Of a stretch of 64,000 bases of DNA, positions 1-13,445 are shown one piece after another. Every line of letters begins with the position of its first letter. Within the stretch, counting starts at the first letter, position 1. The position numbers and the translations under genes were made by a program. The notes under the pieces are model-generated. The model worked only from the letters and a program-made list of their open reading frames with translations, had not been told where the DNA came from and ran no database searches. The DNA lies in the NCBI RefSeq assembly GCF_009914755.1, contig NC_060937.1; one strand, written 5' to 3'. The DNA is from the human T2T-CHM13v2.0 reference genome, Homo sapiens.

Positions 1-707
1 ACTCTGACACACCAGCATCAACTCTGTCATTTCCTAGCTACAAACTGCATCACCTAATAGTATACAATTACTTTTTCTCACATATTCAGAACTGTTATCA
101 TGTCCCTAATAAAGTTTTATAGAAAATATAATCCTTCCAAGGACCTTCACTAGGAGTCCCACACCTCATTTGGGCAAAAACTAATAGAAGGAAGATGTCA
201 ACATGTCACAGATAAAACAGGCAATAAAAAACAGGTTATATGAAAGCTAGAATAATTTTTGATAGGACTAATCACTAGACTGACATAAATTTGTCCTTTG
301 GTTACAACTAATCCTCTTAACTGTAAGGTTTTTTAAGTTATAGTACTTTTCATGTACAATTCTCTCTCTCCATATACCAATAATCAATTTCCAATTATAT
401 ATGCCCTTCAAAAAAAAATCTTCATATAAAAAAATTCTTCCTAGGCCTATCCTATTATGTCTTTTCCTACACAAATCTACACGACAAATAAAAGGAATTA
501 TATATTTTACACTTGACTTTTCTTCTGGAGGAGAGCACCTCCCCTAAACCCCCATCCCAACCATCACCAACGTGAATTCTAAAATATACAAAGTCCTAGA
601 AATAAACTCTAAATTTTCTCAAAGAAGTTTAAAACCTTTCTTGCTTTGAAAATTACTTTAGCCAGAAAAAACTGGATAGCTACTTATGGCTTCTCATGAT
701 GGATGTA

Positions 708-1808
708 CAGTAAGACATCACATAATGTTTTGGCCAATGACAGACCACCATATACATGACAGTGGTCCTGTAGGATTATAATACAGCTGAAAAATTCCTA
801 TCACCTCCTGACATCTTAATGATCCTGACCCTGTGTGCGCCTAGAAAAATGAGTGTAAGTCTTAGTTTTTAACAAAGGCCAGTGCAGTGGCTAACGTCTG
901 TAATCCCAGCACTTTGGGAGGCCGAGGCGGGCGGATCATGAGGTCAGGAGATCAGGAGGTCAGGAGAGCATGATGGCTAAGACGGTGAAACCCCGTCTCT
1001 ACTAAAAATACAAAAAAACCACCAAAATTAGCCAGGTGTGGTGGCAGTAGTCCCAGATACTCAGGAGGCTGAGGCGGGAGAATGGCGTGAACCCAGGAGG
1101 CAGAGCTTGCAGTAAGCAGAGATCGAGCCACTGCACTCCAGCCTGGGTGACATAGCAAGACTCCATCTCAAAAAAAAAAAAAGTTTTTAAAAAAATAACA
1201 ATTTTAAAAATAGAAAAAAGCTTACAGAATAAGGATATAAATATTTTATACAGCTATGTTTGTATCTTAAATCTTACTAAAAAGAGTTAAAAAGTTTTAA
1301 AACTTTAGAAGTTTATAAAGTTACAGTAAGCTAAGGTTAATTTATTATTGGAGAAAATTTTTTAATAAATTTAGTGTAGCCTAAGTGTACAGTTTATAAA
1401 GTCTACAGCAGTGTACTGTCCCAGGCCTTCACTTCACTCATCACGAACTCACTCACCCACCCAGAGCAACTGCCAGTCCTCAAGCTACATTCATGGTAAG
1501 TGCCCTATCTAGGTATACCATTTTTTATCTTTCATACCATATTTCTACTGTATTTGTCAATGTTTATATCTGTTTAGACACATGAATGCTTGTAAGTGTT
1601 AAAACTGCCTAGAGCAATCAGTACAGTTACATGCTATACAGGTAGATGTATAGCCTAGGAGCAATGGGTCATATACCATATAGCCTAGGGGTATAGTCAT
1701 CTATCCCATCTAGGTTTCTGTAGGTATACTCTATGATGTTCCCACAACAGATCTGCCTAATGGTGCAGTTCTCAGAACCTATCTCCATTGTTAAGCGATA
1801 CATAACTG
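708..1808 (+). mobile_element. Tigger3/Golem-type DNA transposon fossil, interrupted by an Alu
   Basis: Begins TA|CAG..CATAATGTTTTGGCCAATGACAGACCA..GCTGAAAAATTCCTATCACC and ends ..GTTAAGCGATACATAACTG|TA. Resembles the Tigger3 consensus as I recall it; clearly homologous to 32420-34831. Confidence 0.75.
877..1181 (+). mobile_element. AluY-like SINE with a small internal duplication
   Basis: Dimeric Alu with A tail; GAGGTCAGGAGA occurs twice (940-951, 956-967). Confidence 0.9.
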
Positions 1809-2743
1809 TATGATAGGTTATGGAACAACCTTAATTCTGTTTTTGTCAAAGGTTTCAGACTAAAAAGCTTTTATCCTGTTAAGTGTTTACCGTAATACTG
1901 GAGATGATGATCATCATCATAAATGAGCCCCTACCATATGCCAGGCAGGCACTTTTGCTAGATGATTAACAAATATTACTTCTAATCCTCACAAAATTTA
2001 AGCATTGGTATAATCACAATTCTATGGATGAGAAACTTGATGCTCAGAGAGATTAAGGGACTTTTCAATACAATATAAGCTAGTGAGTGACAGAACCAGG
2101 CACAGCCAGTTCTAATACAGCAGTTCTTTCCATACCACCATGCTGCTTGTTCTGAAAAAAGCAAGATTAAAAAAACCTCTAGTACCCCATAATTTCAATT
2201 TTTAAAATTCAAATAAGAGAAAATACATAAAAATGATTAATAGGTTGTGTTACAATAATAAATTATGTTGTACATTCCTTAATCTTTATCACAGTTCTGC
2301 AAGATAGGTCTTTTCATTCTATTTGTCTAATGGGGAAAGTGAGGCTGAGAGGTTATACGACTTGTCAGGTCACGAGTGGAATGGAAATTCATAAGTGGAT
2401 CTGGTCTTATTTTTCTGAATCTTAAGATATAATGCTTAGAAATTTTCAAAACTACCTTAAGTTAAATGAAAATATGGTAGTTAACTCATCAACTCTCCAG
2501 GAAAAAAGTTATAAATGTAACCCTAATACTGGTTGGCATACTACATTGGAAAAATCGACTAATGAACAAGGTTAATAGCTCTATATTAACTAGCTACACA
2601 TCAGAAACTTAAAGTATGAAGCACAAAACCAAAAAGTGCCATTAAATACTTATGTATGTTATTAGAATCTAGGCCTTAAAGTAATTACAGTATAAAATCC
2701 TGTCAACTATCCCATACGTCCCCAGGCCTCCCCACCTCCAGCC

Positions 2744-3358
<615 letters not shown>

Positions 3359-3477
3359 ATTGATCATGATCTTCACTCTGCATTGCCCCCTAACCTGCAA
3401 GGGTTCTGGGTTCTCAGTAAACTTTTATTCTTCAGATGCTACTACCTCTAAGAAGTCTTTCCTGGTTTATCCCCTAG

Positions 3478-3795
3478 ATCGGGGTCCCCAACCCCTGGAC
3501 CCCATCAGGAATGGGTGGCACAGCAGAAGGTGAGCAGTGGGCAAGTGAGCATTACCGTTGGGGCTCCGCCTCCTGTTAGATCAGCAGCAGCATTAGATTC
3601 TCATAGGAGCACAAACCCTGTTGTGAACTGTGCATGCAAGGGGTCTAGGTTATGCGCTCCTATGAGACTCTAACGCCTGATGACCTGAGGTGGAAAAGTT
3701 TCATCTGAAACCATCCCAACCACCTCTACCAATCCATGGAAAAACTGTCTTCCACAAAACCAGCCTGGTGCCAAAGAGGCTGGGGACCGCTGCCC
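3478..3795. mobile_element. MER1-like hAT-Charlie MITE
   Basis: Terminal inverted motifs GGGGTCCCCAACC ... GGCTGGGGACCGCTG; internal GCATTAGATTCTCATAGGAGC typical of MER1. Confidence 0.7.
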
Positions 3796-4496
3796 TAAAT
3801 TCATTTACTTTCTGCCAAACAAAGGGAGGAAGGAATCCAACTAAAGCTAATTTTGTAACAAACAGTATTTAGATAGAATGTTACAAGAAAGACTAAATGT
3901 AACAGAGACAAAATGAAAAGCTTAGCTTTCAAACAAGAACTGAAAGAAATCATACTGCATTACAGAACTATACACAAAACTGAAGAAAGCAACTCAGATC
4001 CACTGCTTATACATTTAAATAAAATGTTATTAAATAATATACAAATCCTTAATAAAATCTCCATAACTGTTCTATCACCAATTACAATTTTTAAAAATAT
4101 TTCATAAATGTGAAGAAATTAAGCCTCTGAACCTTTCTATGCCTTTTCTTCACCTACAAAATGAGGAAAATTGAGTAAACTTCTAAAATCACTTCCATTC
4201 TAAAGCCCTATGAAAATAATAATAAAACACAGAAAGTTTAATGAAAACTTGTCAGTAGATGCAAATGTTCAATTTTTTTAAGAGTGTATATTTTAAAATT
4301 CACTAAGCTTCACACTTCAGATTTGTTTATTTAAGTTACATCTCAATAAAAATGTTAGAGATCAGAAAATACAAACCAAAACAAAATTTTTTAAAAATTT
4401 AGTATTTTGTTTAAAGTCTGGCAACCATGGTAAACTTTTATAGACTAATAGTAAGACTAAACAAAAATAAAGTTTATATAAGGAAATTACTTTTTT

Positions 4497-4612
4497 AAGC
4501 TGAGTACAATGGCAAGAGCCTGCAGTCCCAGCTACTCCGAAGGCGTGGTGGAAAGACTGCTTGAGCCCAGGAGTTCAAGACCAGCCTGGGTAACACAGAG
4601 AGACTTTGTATC
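4497..4612 (+). mobile_element. Alu monomer (FLAM/AluJ-like)
   Basis: GCCTGCAGTCCCAGCTACT..TTGAGCCCAGGAGTTCAAGACCAGCCTGGG single arm. Confidence 0.75.
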
Positions 4613-4989
4613 TAAACATTTTTAAAATTAAAAAGCCCCAAAAAACAAGAAAAGTCCACCAAGACTAATTTAATTGTAGAGTATAAATCTGAGTCAAGGT
4701 TATTATGGCCAAAAATCATTTTATATATTTGAGAAACATTTCAAGCTATAAAATACTATATAATCTCTTTGTAGAAATCTATGACATGAACATGACTAAA
4801 TAAACAATCCTTTTAACTAATTTTGACCACAAATGACCTTAATTCAAAATACACAAATAAGTCCAATGATGTCAAATATTAGATTTGTTCCTGATCTTTT
4901 AATTTCCAGCTGTATATAATACATAATTATCGATATTCTCCTATATCGAAAGAAAGTAAAATGCTCTTTAAAGTAGAATATATTATTTG

Positions 4990-5171
4990 GTTTTTTGTTT
5001 GTTTTTGTTTTGTTTTGTTTTTTTGAGACAGCCTATTGCCCAAGTTGGAGTGCAGTGGCACCATCTCAGCTCACTGCAACCTCCACCTCCGGGGTTCAAG
5101 CAATCCTCCAACCAGGACTCCAGGAGTCCTGAGTAGCTAGGACTACAGGCACATGCCACCACCCCCCAGCT

Positions 5172-5206
<35 letters not shown>

Positions 5207-5324
5207 TAGAGATGGGGTTTCACCACATTGTCTAGGCTGGTCTCAAACTCCTGACCTCAAGTGATCCACCTGCTTTAGCCTCCCAAAGTGTTGGGATTAC
5301 AGGTGTGAGCCATGGCACCCGGCC
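4990..5324 (-). mobile_element. Antisense Alu with expanded central A/T tract
   Basis: (GTTTT)n tail, Alu arms and a long T run at about 5174-5204. Confidence 0.9.
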
Positions 5325-5385
5325 TATTTTTGACTTTTGTATTTAAGATTTGTTTTGAACAATTTCTAATTAAGAATGCAATAAT

Positions 5386-5763
<378 letters not shown>

Positions 5764-6736
5764 TTAGAAAACAGTTTTAGAGTATAAAATTCTGAAGAAA
5801 TATTTTGCAAATGTTTTAAAAGAAAATAAAATCTGGGTTTGGGGATATTCCTTCTCATTTAAATTATACCACCATTAAATTAATGCTCTATAGGAAATAA
5901 ATCATATCCATTTTGTACTACTTTGAGCTCAGTTAAATCTTATTAAACTATCCCTTGATTTACCCAACATATGTGCTCCTAAAAGGTTCCCTGCAAATCA
6001 AACTTGTGTAAATCTCATCTAAAACGCACTAGGGGGAGCTCCCTATTTGAAAGAATCCTAAGGCATGTGCTTTTTTCACATAAGTATTCTTGCAAAAGAA
6101 TGACTTTCTGACTTATCTGCTAAATTATTTAAATTGTTTTAACACTTCTTTAAAAACATCATCCTATGCTTATTAAATGCCACTGAGACAACTTTGGCCA
6201 AGTTATATTAATTTTCTTTCACACCTGCTTTTCTGGGATACAATACAAAGCCCAAAGAAAAACATATACTTCGTGATACTAATAGATGTTTAAAGCATGT
6301 AATAATCAGCTTTGAAGATTTTTATAATTTTAATTTCAAAATTAAAGCTGAAAAAAATAGAAGACTAGAGGTAAACATACTAATCTTTTGGAGGAAAAGG
6401 ATGCTTTTGTCTAGTGAGACATCCTAATAAGGTACATTTTAAATATATCATCCCATTTAAACCTCTCAACAATTCTATATTAAAGGTACAATGGCTTCAT
6501 TATTGCCAACTTGGAATAAGAAGTAGCAGAGGCTCAAAATAGTAATGTGAATGCTCAATGTTACATAATAATTCAATGGCGAGGCCAAGATTGGGATTCC
6601 AATTCTCACATTTCTAGCCACTGCTCTTCTTTTACACAATAAAGATGGGGAAAAAACATTTAAGCAAGTTTGACAGGAGAGTGCCCTCTCCACCAACAAA
6701 AATTATTGAGGCTCAAAAGTTCAGGGATTTGCAGAG

Positions 6737-7975
6737 ACCATTCAAATGGGAAAGGGCAAGTCTCTTCAACATGGTGGTGGAAAAACTGGATATCCACATG
6801 CAAAAGAATGAAGTTGGACCCTTACCTTATACCATATACAAAAATTAATTCAAAATAGATTAAAGATCTAAACAGAAGATCTAAAGCTATAAAACTCTTA
6901 AAACACAGGAGAAAAGCTTCAGTGACATTGGATTTAGCAATGATTTTGTGGATGACACCAAAGGCACAGGCAATAAAAGTAAAAATATGTAACTGGACCA
7001 TACAAAAATAAAAATTTTGTGCACTGAAGAAACAACAGAGTATAAAAGCAAACTACATAATGGGAGAAAATATTTGCAAATCATTTATCTGATAAGGGAT
7101 TAATATCCAGAAAATATAAAGAAATCCTAAAGCTCAACAACAAAAAACAATTTTAAAACGGGCAAAGGACTTGAATGAACATTTCTCGAAAGACAGTGTA
7201 CAAATGGCCAACAAGCGTATGTTGATGCTTAACATAAATAATTATTAGGAAAATGTAAATAAAAACCACAATGAGATACGACCTCACACCCAATAGGATG
7301 GCTAATGTCAAAGTAAAACAGAAAATTGTGTTAGTGAAGATATAAAGAAAGTGTAACCCTCGTGCACTGTTGGTAGGAACGTAAAATGGTACAACTGCTA
7401 TGAAAAACAGTATGGTACTTCCTCAAAAAATTTAAAATGGAATTACAATATGATCCTGTCATTTCATTTCAGGGTATATATCCAAAAGAACTGGAAGCAG
7501 GATCTCAAAAAGTTACTTACACAACCATGTTCATTGCAGCATTATTCACAACAGCCAAGAAGTGGAAGCAACCCAAGTGACTATCAATGGATATGTGGAT
7601 AAGCAAAATGTGGTACATACAATAGAGTATTATTCAGCCTTAAAAAGGATGAAAAAATCCTGACATGCTAAAATATAAATGAATGTTGAGAACATTATGC
7701 TAAGTGAAATGAGCCCATCTAAAAAGGCAAATACTGTATGATTTCACTTAACTGTGATATCCAGAGTAGACAAATTCATAAAAACAGAAAGTAGAATAGA
7801 GGTTTCCAGGGACTGGGAGTTACTTGATATAGAGTTTCAATTTTGCAAGATAAAAAAGTTCTGGATATTGGTTGCACAGCAATATGAATATACTTAACAC
7901 TACTGAACTGCACACTTAAAGATGGTTAAGATGGTAAATTTTGTTAGGTGTTTCTTACCACAATTTAAAAAAAAA
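6737..7975 (+). mobile_element. Old L1 (L1M-type) 3' fragment: end of ORF2 plus 3'UTR
   Basis: Degenerate ORF2 C-terminal peptide (WKNWISTCKRMKLDPYLIPYTKINSK), then an L1M-like 3'UTR ending in an A-rich tail. Confidence 0.85.
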
Positions 7976-8641
7976 TTTTAATTAAAGGAATTAAAAAATT
8001 TACAAAATACTATTCATCATTGTGTTTCCAGTTTATATTCAACACAGCAGTATTTCAGGTATAGTAATTAACTTACTTTCATTTGAAAAGATGTCTATAG
8101 CTTAATAAATATCAAACTCTTATTCATACATTTGTTGATAATCTAAGAGAAACCAAGCACCCAAATGGAAATGGAGTTCTCACTACTTCACCTGCCAGCC
8201 TTCAAAAAGAAGCCTGTATTTCACACTACCTATTAAATGGGTACTATTTAGGTAAAGGGAAAAAAAAGTAGTATTAGAACTATAACTGTATTATCTCCTA
8301 AGTTTACAAAATAGACCTTTATGCTCAAAAATAAAATTGGTTAAAATTCTTTTCCCTGAGAATCATTAAATTTGATATTGTACGAAAGCCACCATTTTTC
8401 AATGAGGTAAACATTCACCATAGAAAATCCTCAAAAAATTAAGCACATATTTTATCTCCTTTTAAGATATCTGTCAAGGATTGTCTTCACCAAGGGCACA
8501 TAGTAGGAAAGGTGCCATTCTAACTCCTGGAACAATTTAATCAGTACTAACATACTTCAGGTAGCAGGGGTGTGGAATCAGGTCAGTAACAAAAACGGAC
8601 TTGCAGGCCAGAGTAAAGATATATTGGCTAATCTTAACTAA

Positions 8642-8985
<344 letters not shown>

Positions 8986-11944
8986 ATATACATATATATT
9001 GATGGAAAACAGGATGACCTGTAACAATAAGAAAATTAACTCATCTACATATAAAACTTTAATCAGACCTCTCACATTTTATACATTTCCTAATTTTAGA
9101 TATTAAGGCTGCTTCAGACTTTCAGCAGGTCTCAAAGGATCAGCATTATTTGAAACTCTGTTGAACACACGTGAAAAACTTATGTATCAAATTTATCTGC
9201 AATGATATGCAACTTAAAGTACTGCTATAAAGGAAAAGATTGACTAAAGGCTATACATTGCTCCATTACTGTAGAAATATCAGTAAATGGTACTGATTAT
9301 CAAAATTAAATATTTATAACAATGTCTGTAGGCATGGAATTTTTTAGTGGGATACCCAAAGTGCTTGAGGAAAACATTCACTAAGAACCATTCTTTTTTC
9401 TCAGTTACTTAACCTTACTAATGCCCTGCAAATTCTGATAGCATCCTAGCTAATAATTCAAAGATGTTTTATCTGTAGGTATGTTAACTAAGTTAACAAA
9501 TGCAATATAGATTTAATAGTCTTGTAATTAGTTATGAAAAATCATATATGTGCATATATGTGGGAGAATGGTGGATATCTACATAAATATACAAATATAT
9601 ATATTAACCCAGACATTTAAGAAAGTAATTCAGAACATTAAAGTTTTTAGATGTTCTATAAAATATATACGTTCTATCTTCCACCTAATCTTTTCTCATT
9701 TCCTTCAACTACTAACGTTACATACAAGTATTTAGTACTGTGAACACCACAGATCCTAGTATAGAGCAGGAAAGGGGAAATACTTATGTAAAGACATTGA
9801 AGTTACAAAATAAAAGTATTCCACAGCAAACAGGCAGATACAAAGTACTTTTACAAAGAAGAAAACACATGAACAATATTCAGTATTAAATATTTGAGAC
9901 ATCCAAAATTCCTAATCATTTATCCTTGTTGTGAATAGAAAACATGAAATGTTTAAATCAGATAGTTTTATGATGAAAAAAATCTTCTGGAAGAATGTTT
10001 TCTTCCAATTCAATACTCTTTACTCAAATTATCATTTTCATTTGAAAACAGTGGCTTATTTTAATGCTAGTGTCATTTTTAATGTGCCAATTCAAGACAT
10101 AAGCATTAATATTATGCTTTGCAATCTTTGCTGATTCATCAGAATAAGTGAGAAGCATCATCCCTCTCTGTTATTGAATTAATAAATCCTGACATGCAAA
10201 AACATCCCAATCTCCAGGTTCTTCTCTTGGTCAAAGTGGTAACAGCACAGGACCACCTTTCCCGCAAACTTTTGGTAAGCCTTATAGACAAGAACTAAAG
10301 TGTTCTCTGGGGGCAGGTATCAACTGGGAAAAGGAAAATACAGGTTTAAATTACAAATGTCCTCAGCCTCTCCATGACAAGCAGTTTTTCGAAGGAAGCA
10401 ATCTTTAAGAAGTATTTTTAATAGGTAATAGGAGGTGAATATGTCCAAATGCCTTGACCACTTATGAAATGTGATGCAGAAAAAGAGGAAACTAATAGTT
10501 CTGCCATACACTAACAACATGACAACCAAATAAAGGTAACCAAATAATGGCAAGTTTTAAATATCTCTTTGAACTCAAAGAGGTAAGGATGAAAACCTTA
10601 AGCAGTAAGACTGTGTTGCACTACATATCACAAAGGAATATAAAAGAGAAGGAAATCCACTACTATTTTACAGAAACAAACCAAAAAGTTCATTGCAAAT
10701 CTACCTAAATTATTAAAAGTTGCAAAATAAAAGCAGCAGAGATGGGAAAAACATAAAAGTATTAATGTGGTAAGAAAGTACATATTTACCTAACTAAACG
10801 TTGGAAGTTCAATTTGGTAAGCTCACTCTGAATTTCAGTGTACATTTTAAATGTTATAGAACTAAATTCAGTTATTTCCAAAGACACTTAAGCACTGAAG
10901 TTATCCCTAAGAAGCTTAAAATTTCCTAAAACAGAAACAAGTCAATTTCCTTCAATAGGAAGCAAATAAAAGTTGTAGTCACAGAAAGAATTTCCCTGAA
11001 ATGTACGAAACTCACAAAACTAGGGACTGTGGGACTTGGGAAAATACAACATATACCCAATATATAATTAGGAATAGTGCTTTTCACTACAACATAAGAA
11101 CTGAGCTCCTTGGAAATAATATTCCTTTGTTACATGTAACATTATACATTGTTCAGTATCTTTTATTTCCAGGGCAATAATATCATAAAATGTTACAATA
11201 GACCACCTTGCATTATTCCTTAGTGAATTATTGTTGATTTAAAGCTCCTCTCATCCTCAAATACATGAAAGTAAGTGCAATAAAAGGACTTGTGGGGGTT
11301 AAGAAACGAAGGGTTCTTTCATATTTTCCAGCAGTCTTTTTTTCCAAGGGTTTGGAGTTTAAATCAAAACTCTGGGCCTGAAATTTAATTCAGAGTTCTT
11401 CCTGCAATAGTTGTTAACTGTGTATGCTTCAAAAGAAAACTTAAATGTTCTCAGCCAGTGACTGTACTCCAGTGAAAAACTTCTTACCTTTCAGAATAGT
11501 TATACAACATGGTCACATTAAACCCTGATGCAACAAACAGATTAATTTCCTCTAACATCTTTACTAATATAGAAACGAAGAACACGAACTAGTGTCTCTA
11601 AGCCACTATAATAGTTGCACATACAACATGAGTGTGGTGTGGTAGGATGCTTTTCCTTTTAGGTCTTTACTGAACTTTCAAGGGATTAAAACCAATGTAT
11701 GTCAACTTTATAGCAAAAGATTCAGATTCTAATCCTGAATACCAATGCATTTTAGAGGGGGAAAAAATGAGGGATGTAAAATATATATAGTAGGGTAAGA
11801 GTTTTGCCTTTGAACAATGTGCATATTCTATTTTAATTTGGAATGTTTTATACTTGCATTTCATGTTATGTAGTTTTTGGACTGGACTGTGTTTTTCCAC
11901 AAAATGAAAAATCAACTATTTTGCCACCTTATTATTCAACCTAC

Positions 11945-12094
11945 CTGCCCATAGTTGTCTATGCCAGTTACTAATCTATTTAAATTTAATAAATCAAAAG
12001 CTGTCCTTAGGGATTGGCCAAGAGTCGTAAGTCCTTCAGCCTGAAGGTTTTTCAATTCATTCATAAACGTTGCATGGTTTTCTTTCCATCCAGC
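11945..12094 (-). CDS. INTS6: INTS6 coding exon 3 (150 nt, phase 0-0)
   Basis: Acceptor TTTTTCTTTTCAG, donor CAG|GTAGGT. Translates AGWKENHATFMNELKNLQAEGLTTLGQSLRTAFDLLNLNRLVTGIDNYGQ, continuing exon 2 in frame. Confidence 0.97.
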
Positions 12095-12640
12095 CTGAAA
12101 AGAAAAATGTAAGATTTTTTTTTTTCATTTTTTAAAGCCATGTACACAGAGCCGTTATAATCTGACGTTCACCAAGTAGCAGCTTCACTTTTGGTTGGTT
12201 TGGCTTGGTTAACGTGTTAATACTGTACCGCTGCTGAGGAAACTCTCTTCCAAAGGTGGCCCAGGAATAACCCAGCTTCCTCTCTAGGTTTTGGTAGTTA
12301 ACTGCCTTAATACTTTATAACTTCACTGACAAATTTACTACCTAATCTAATACCCAAAATTTGGGTATGTGAAGGTACTAGTGGAAGCAGATGGGAGCCG
12401 GACTTAGGAAGTTAACCTGCAGCTGTCCCACCGGCCCTCTTAGGACGAATCTGACAAGACCAATCCTGGCAGCCCCGCATCTGGCTTCCGGGCCGGCCGG
12501 GCCGATTCCCCTTTAATGCAAACCGGGGCTGTGCGCGGCCGGGCCCGGCTGTCACTCCGGCTAACTTGAATAAATATCCCCCACAGTTCATTGCTGCCGC
12601 TCACGCCGCGGAGGGGAAATGTCGGCCATGTTGATAGCAG

Positions 12641-12667
12641 CGCCGCCGCCGCCGCCGCCGCCGCCGC
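12641..12667. repeat. (CGC)9 trinucleotide repeat, (GCG)9 on the INTS6 sense strand, in intron 2
   Basis: Directly read from the sequence. Confidence 0.95.
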
Positions 12668-12897
12668 TGCCGGGCCGGGCCGGGAGGGGACGGCGGTGGC
12701 CCCGCGACTCCGCGCCGCGCTAGGACGCTGCCGAGCGGGGGAGGGGGTGGGAGCCCGCAGGGAAGAGACCTCAGCGGCTGGGAGCGCAGCGGGTGGGGGA
12801 GGGGAGCATAATGAAGGGTGAATGGGGGGGCGGGGAGGGCGAGCGAGGAAGGAACAGGGAAGGGAAGGGAGGAAAGGGGGAGGGCGAGGGCTGTTAC

Positions 12898-12975
12898 CTT
12901 GATAGCATAGGGCGGCTCTTCGAAAGTGACCAGCATATACCTGTCTCCTCTGCTGGCAGGGTCCCGGGCACGGAG
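12898..12975 (-). CDS. INTS6: INTS6 coding exon 2 (78 nt, phase 0-0)
   Basis: Acceptor CCTCCTCCCGTCCCGCAG, donor AAG|GTAACA. Translates LRARDPASRGDRYMLVTFEEPPYAIK. Confidence 0.97.
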
Positions 12976-13334
12976 CTGCGGGACGGGAGGAGGAACAGGG
13001 CGGGCGACAGGGAAGCACAGAGGCGAGGTTACGAGGCGGAGAAGGGGCGCCCAGCGGCCCCGCCGCCCCCACAGTACCGCACACGCAGCGGCCACCCCTC
13101 CACGCCGTCCCCCACACACAGATCGCTCCCCACACACCGCCCGGGGCCGGAGCCCGGGCCCCGGCCGAACCCGGCTCGCAGCGCCCGCCCGCCCGCGCGG
13201 TGGGGGAGGGGGTCCCCGAGCCCGGCAGCTCCCGCAGTCAGGTCCCCGACACCCCCGCCCCGGCCGCCCTCCCCCACCCTGCCGCCCGCGGGCCGCCGGG
13301 CCGGGGTCGCCGCCCGGGCTCGGTCAGTCGGTAC

Positions 13335-13445
13335 CTTCATGAAGGTCTCTACCGCGCCTTTGGCCGTGTCCAGGTAGGTGGTGCCCAGATGGCTGCGCTG
13401 GTTCATAGAGGCAGACGTGTCTATCAGGAACAGTAAGATGGGCAT
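13335..13445 (-). CDS. INTS6: INTS6 coding part of exon 1 (111 nt; VWA beta-1 strand and DxSxS motif)
   Basis: ATG at 13445 (ACTATGC). Translates MPILLFLIDTSASMNQRSHLGTTYLDTAKGAVETFMK, the recognised INTS6 N-terminus. Donor AAG|GTACCG. The 5'UTR extends rightward; the TSS cannot be fixed from sequence. Confidence 0.97.
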
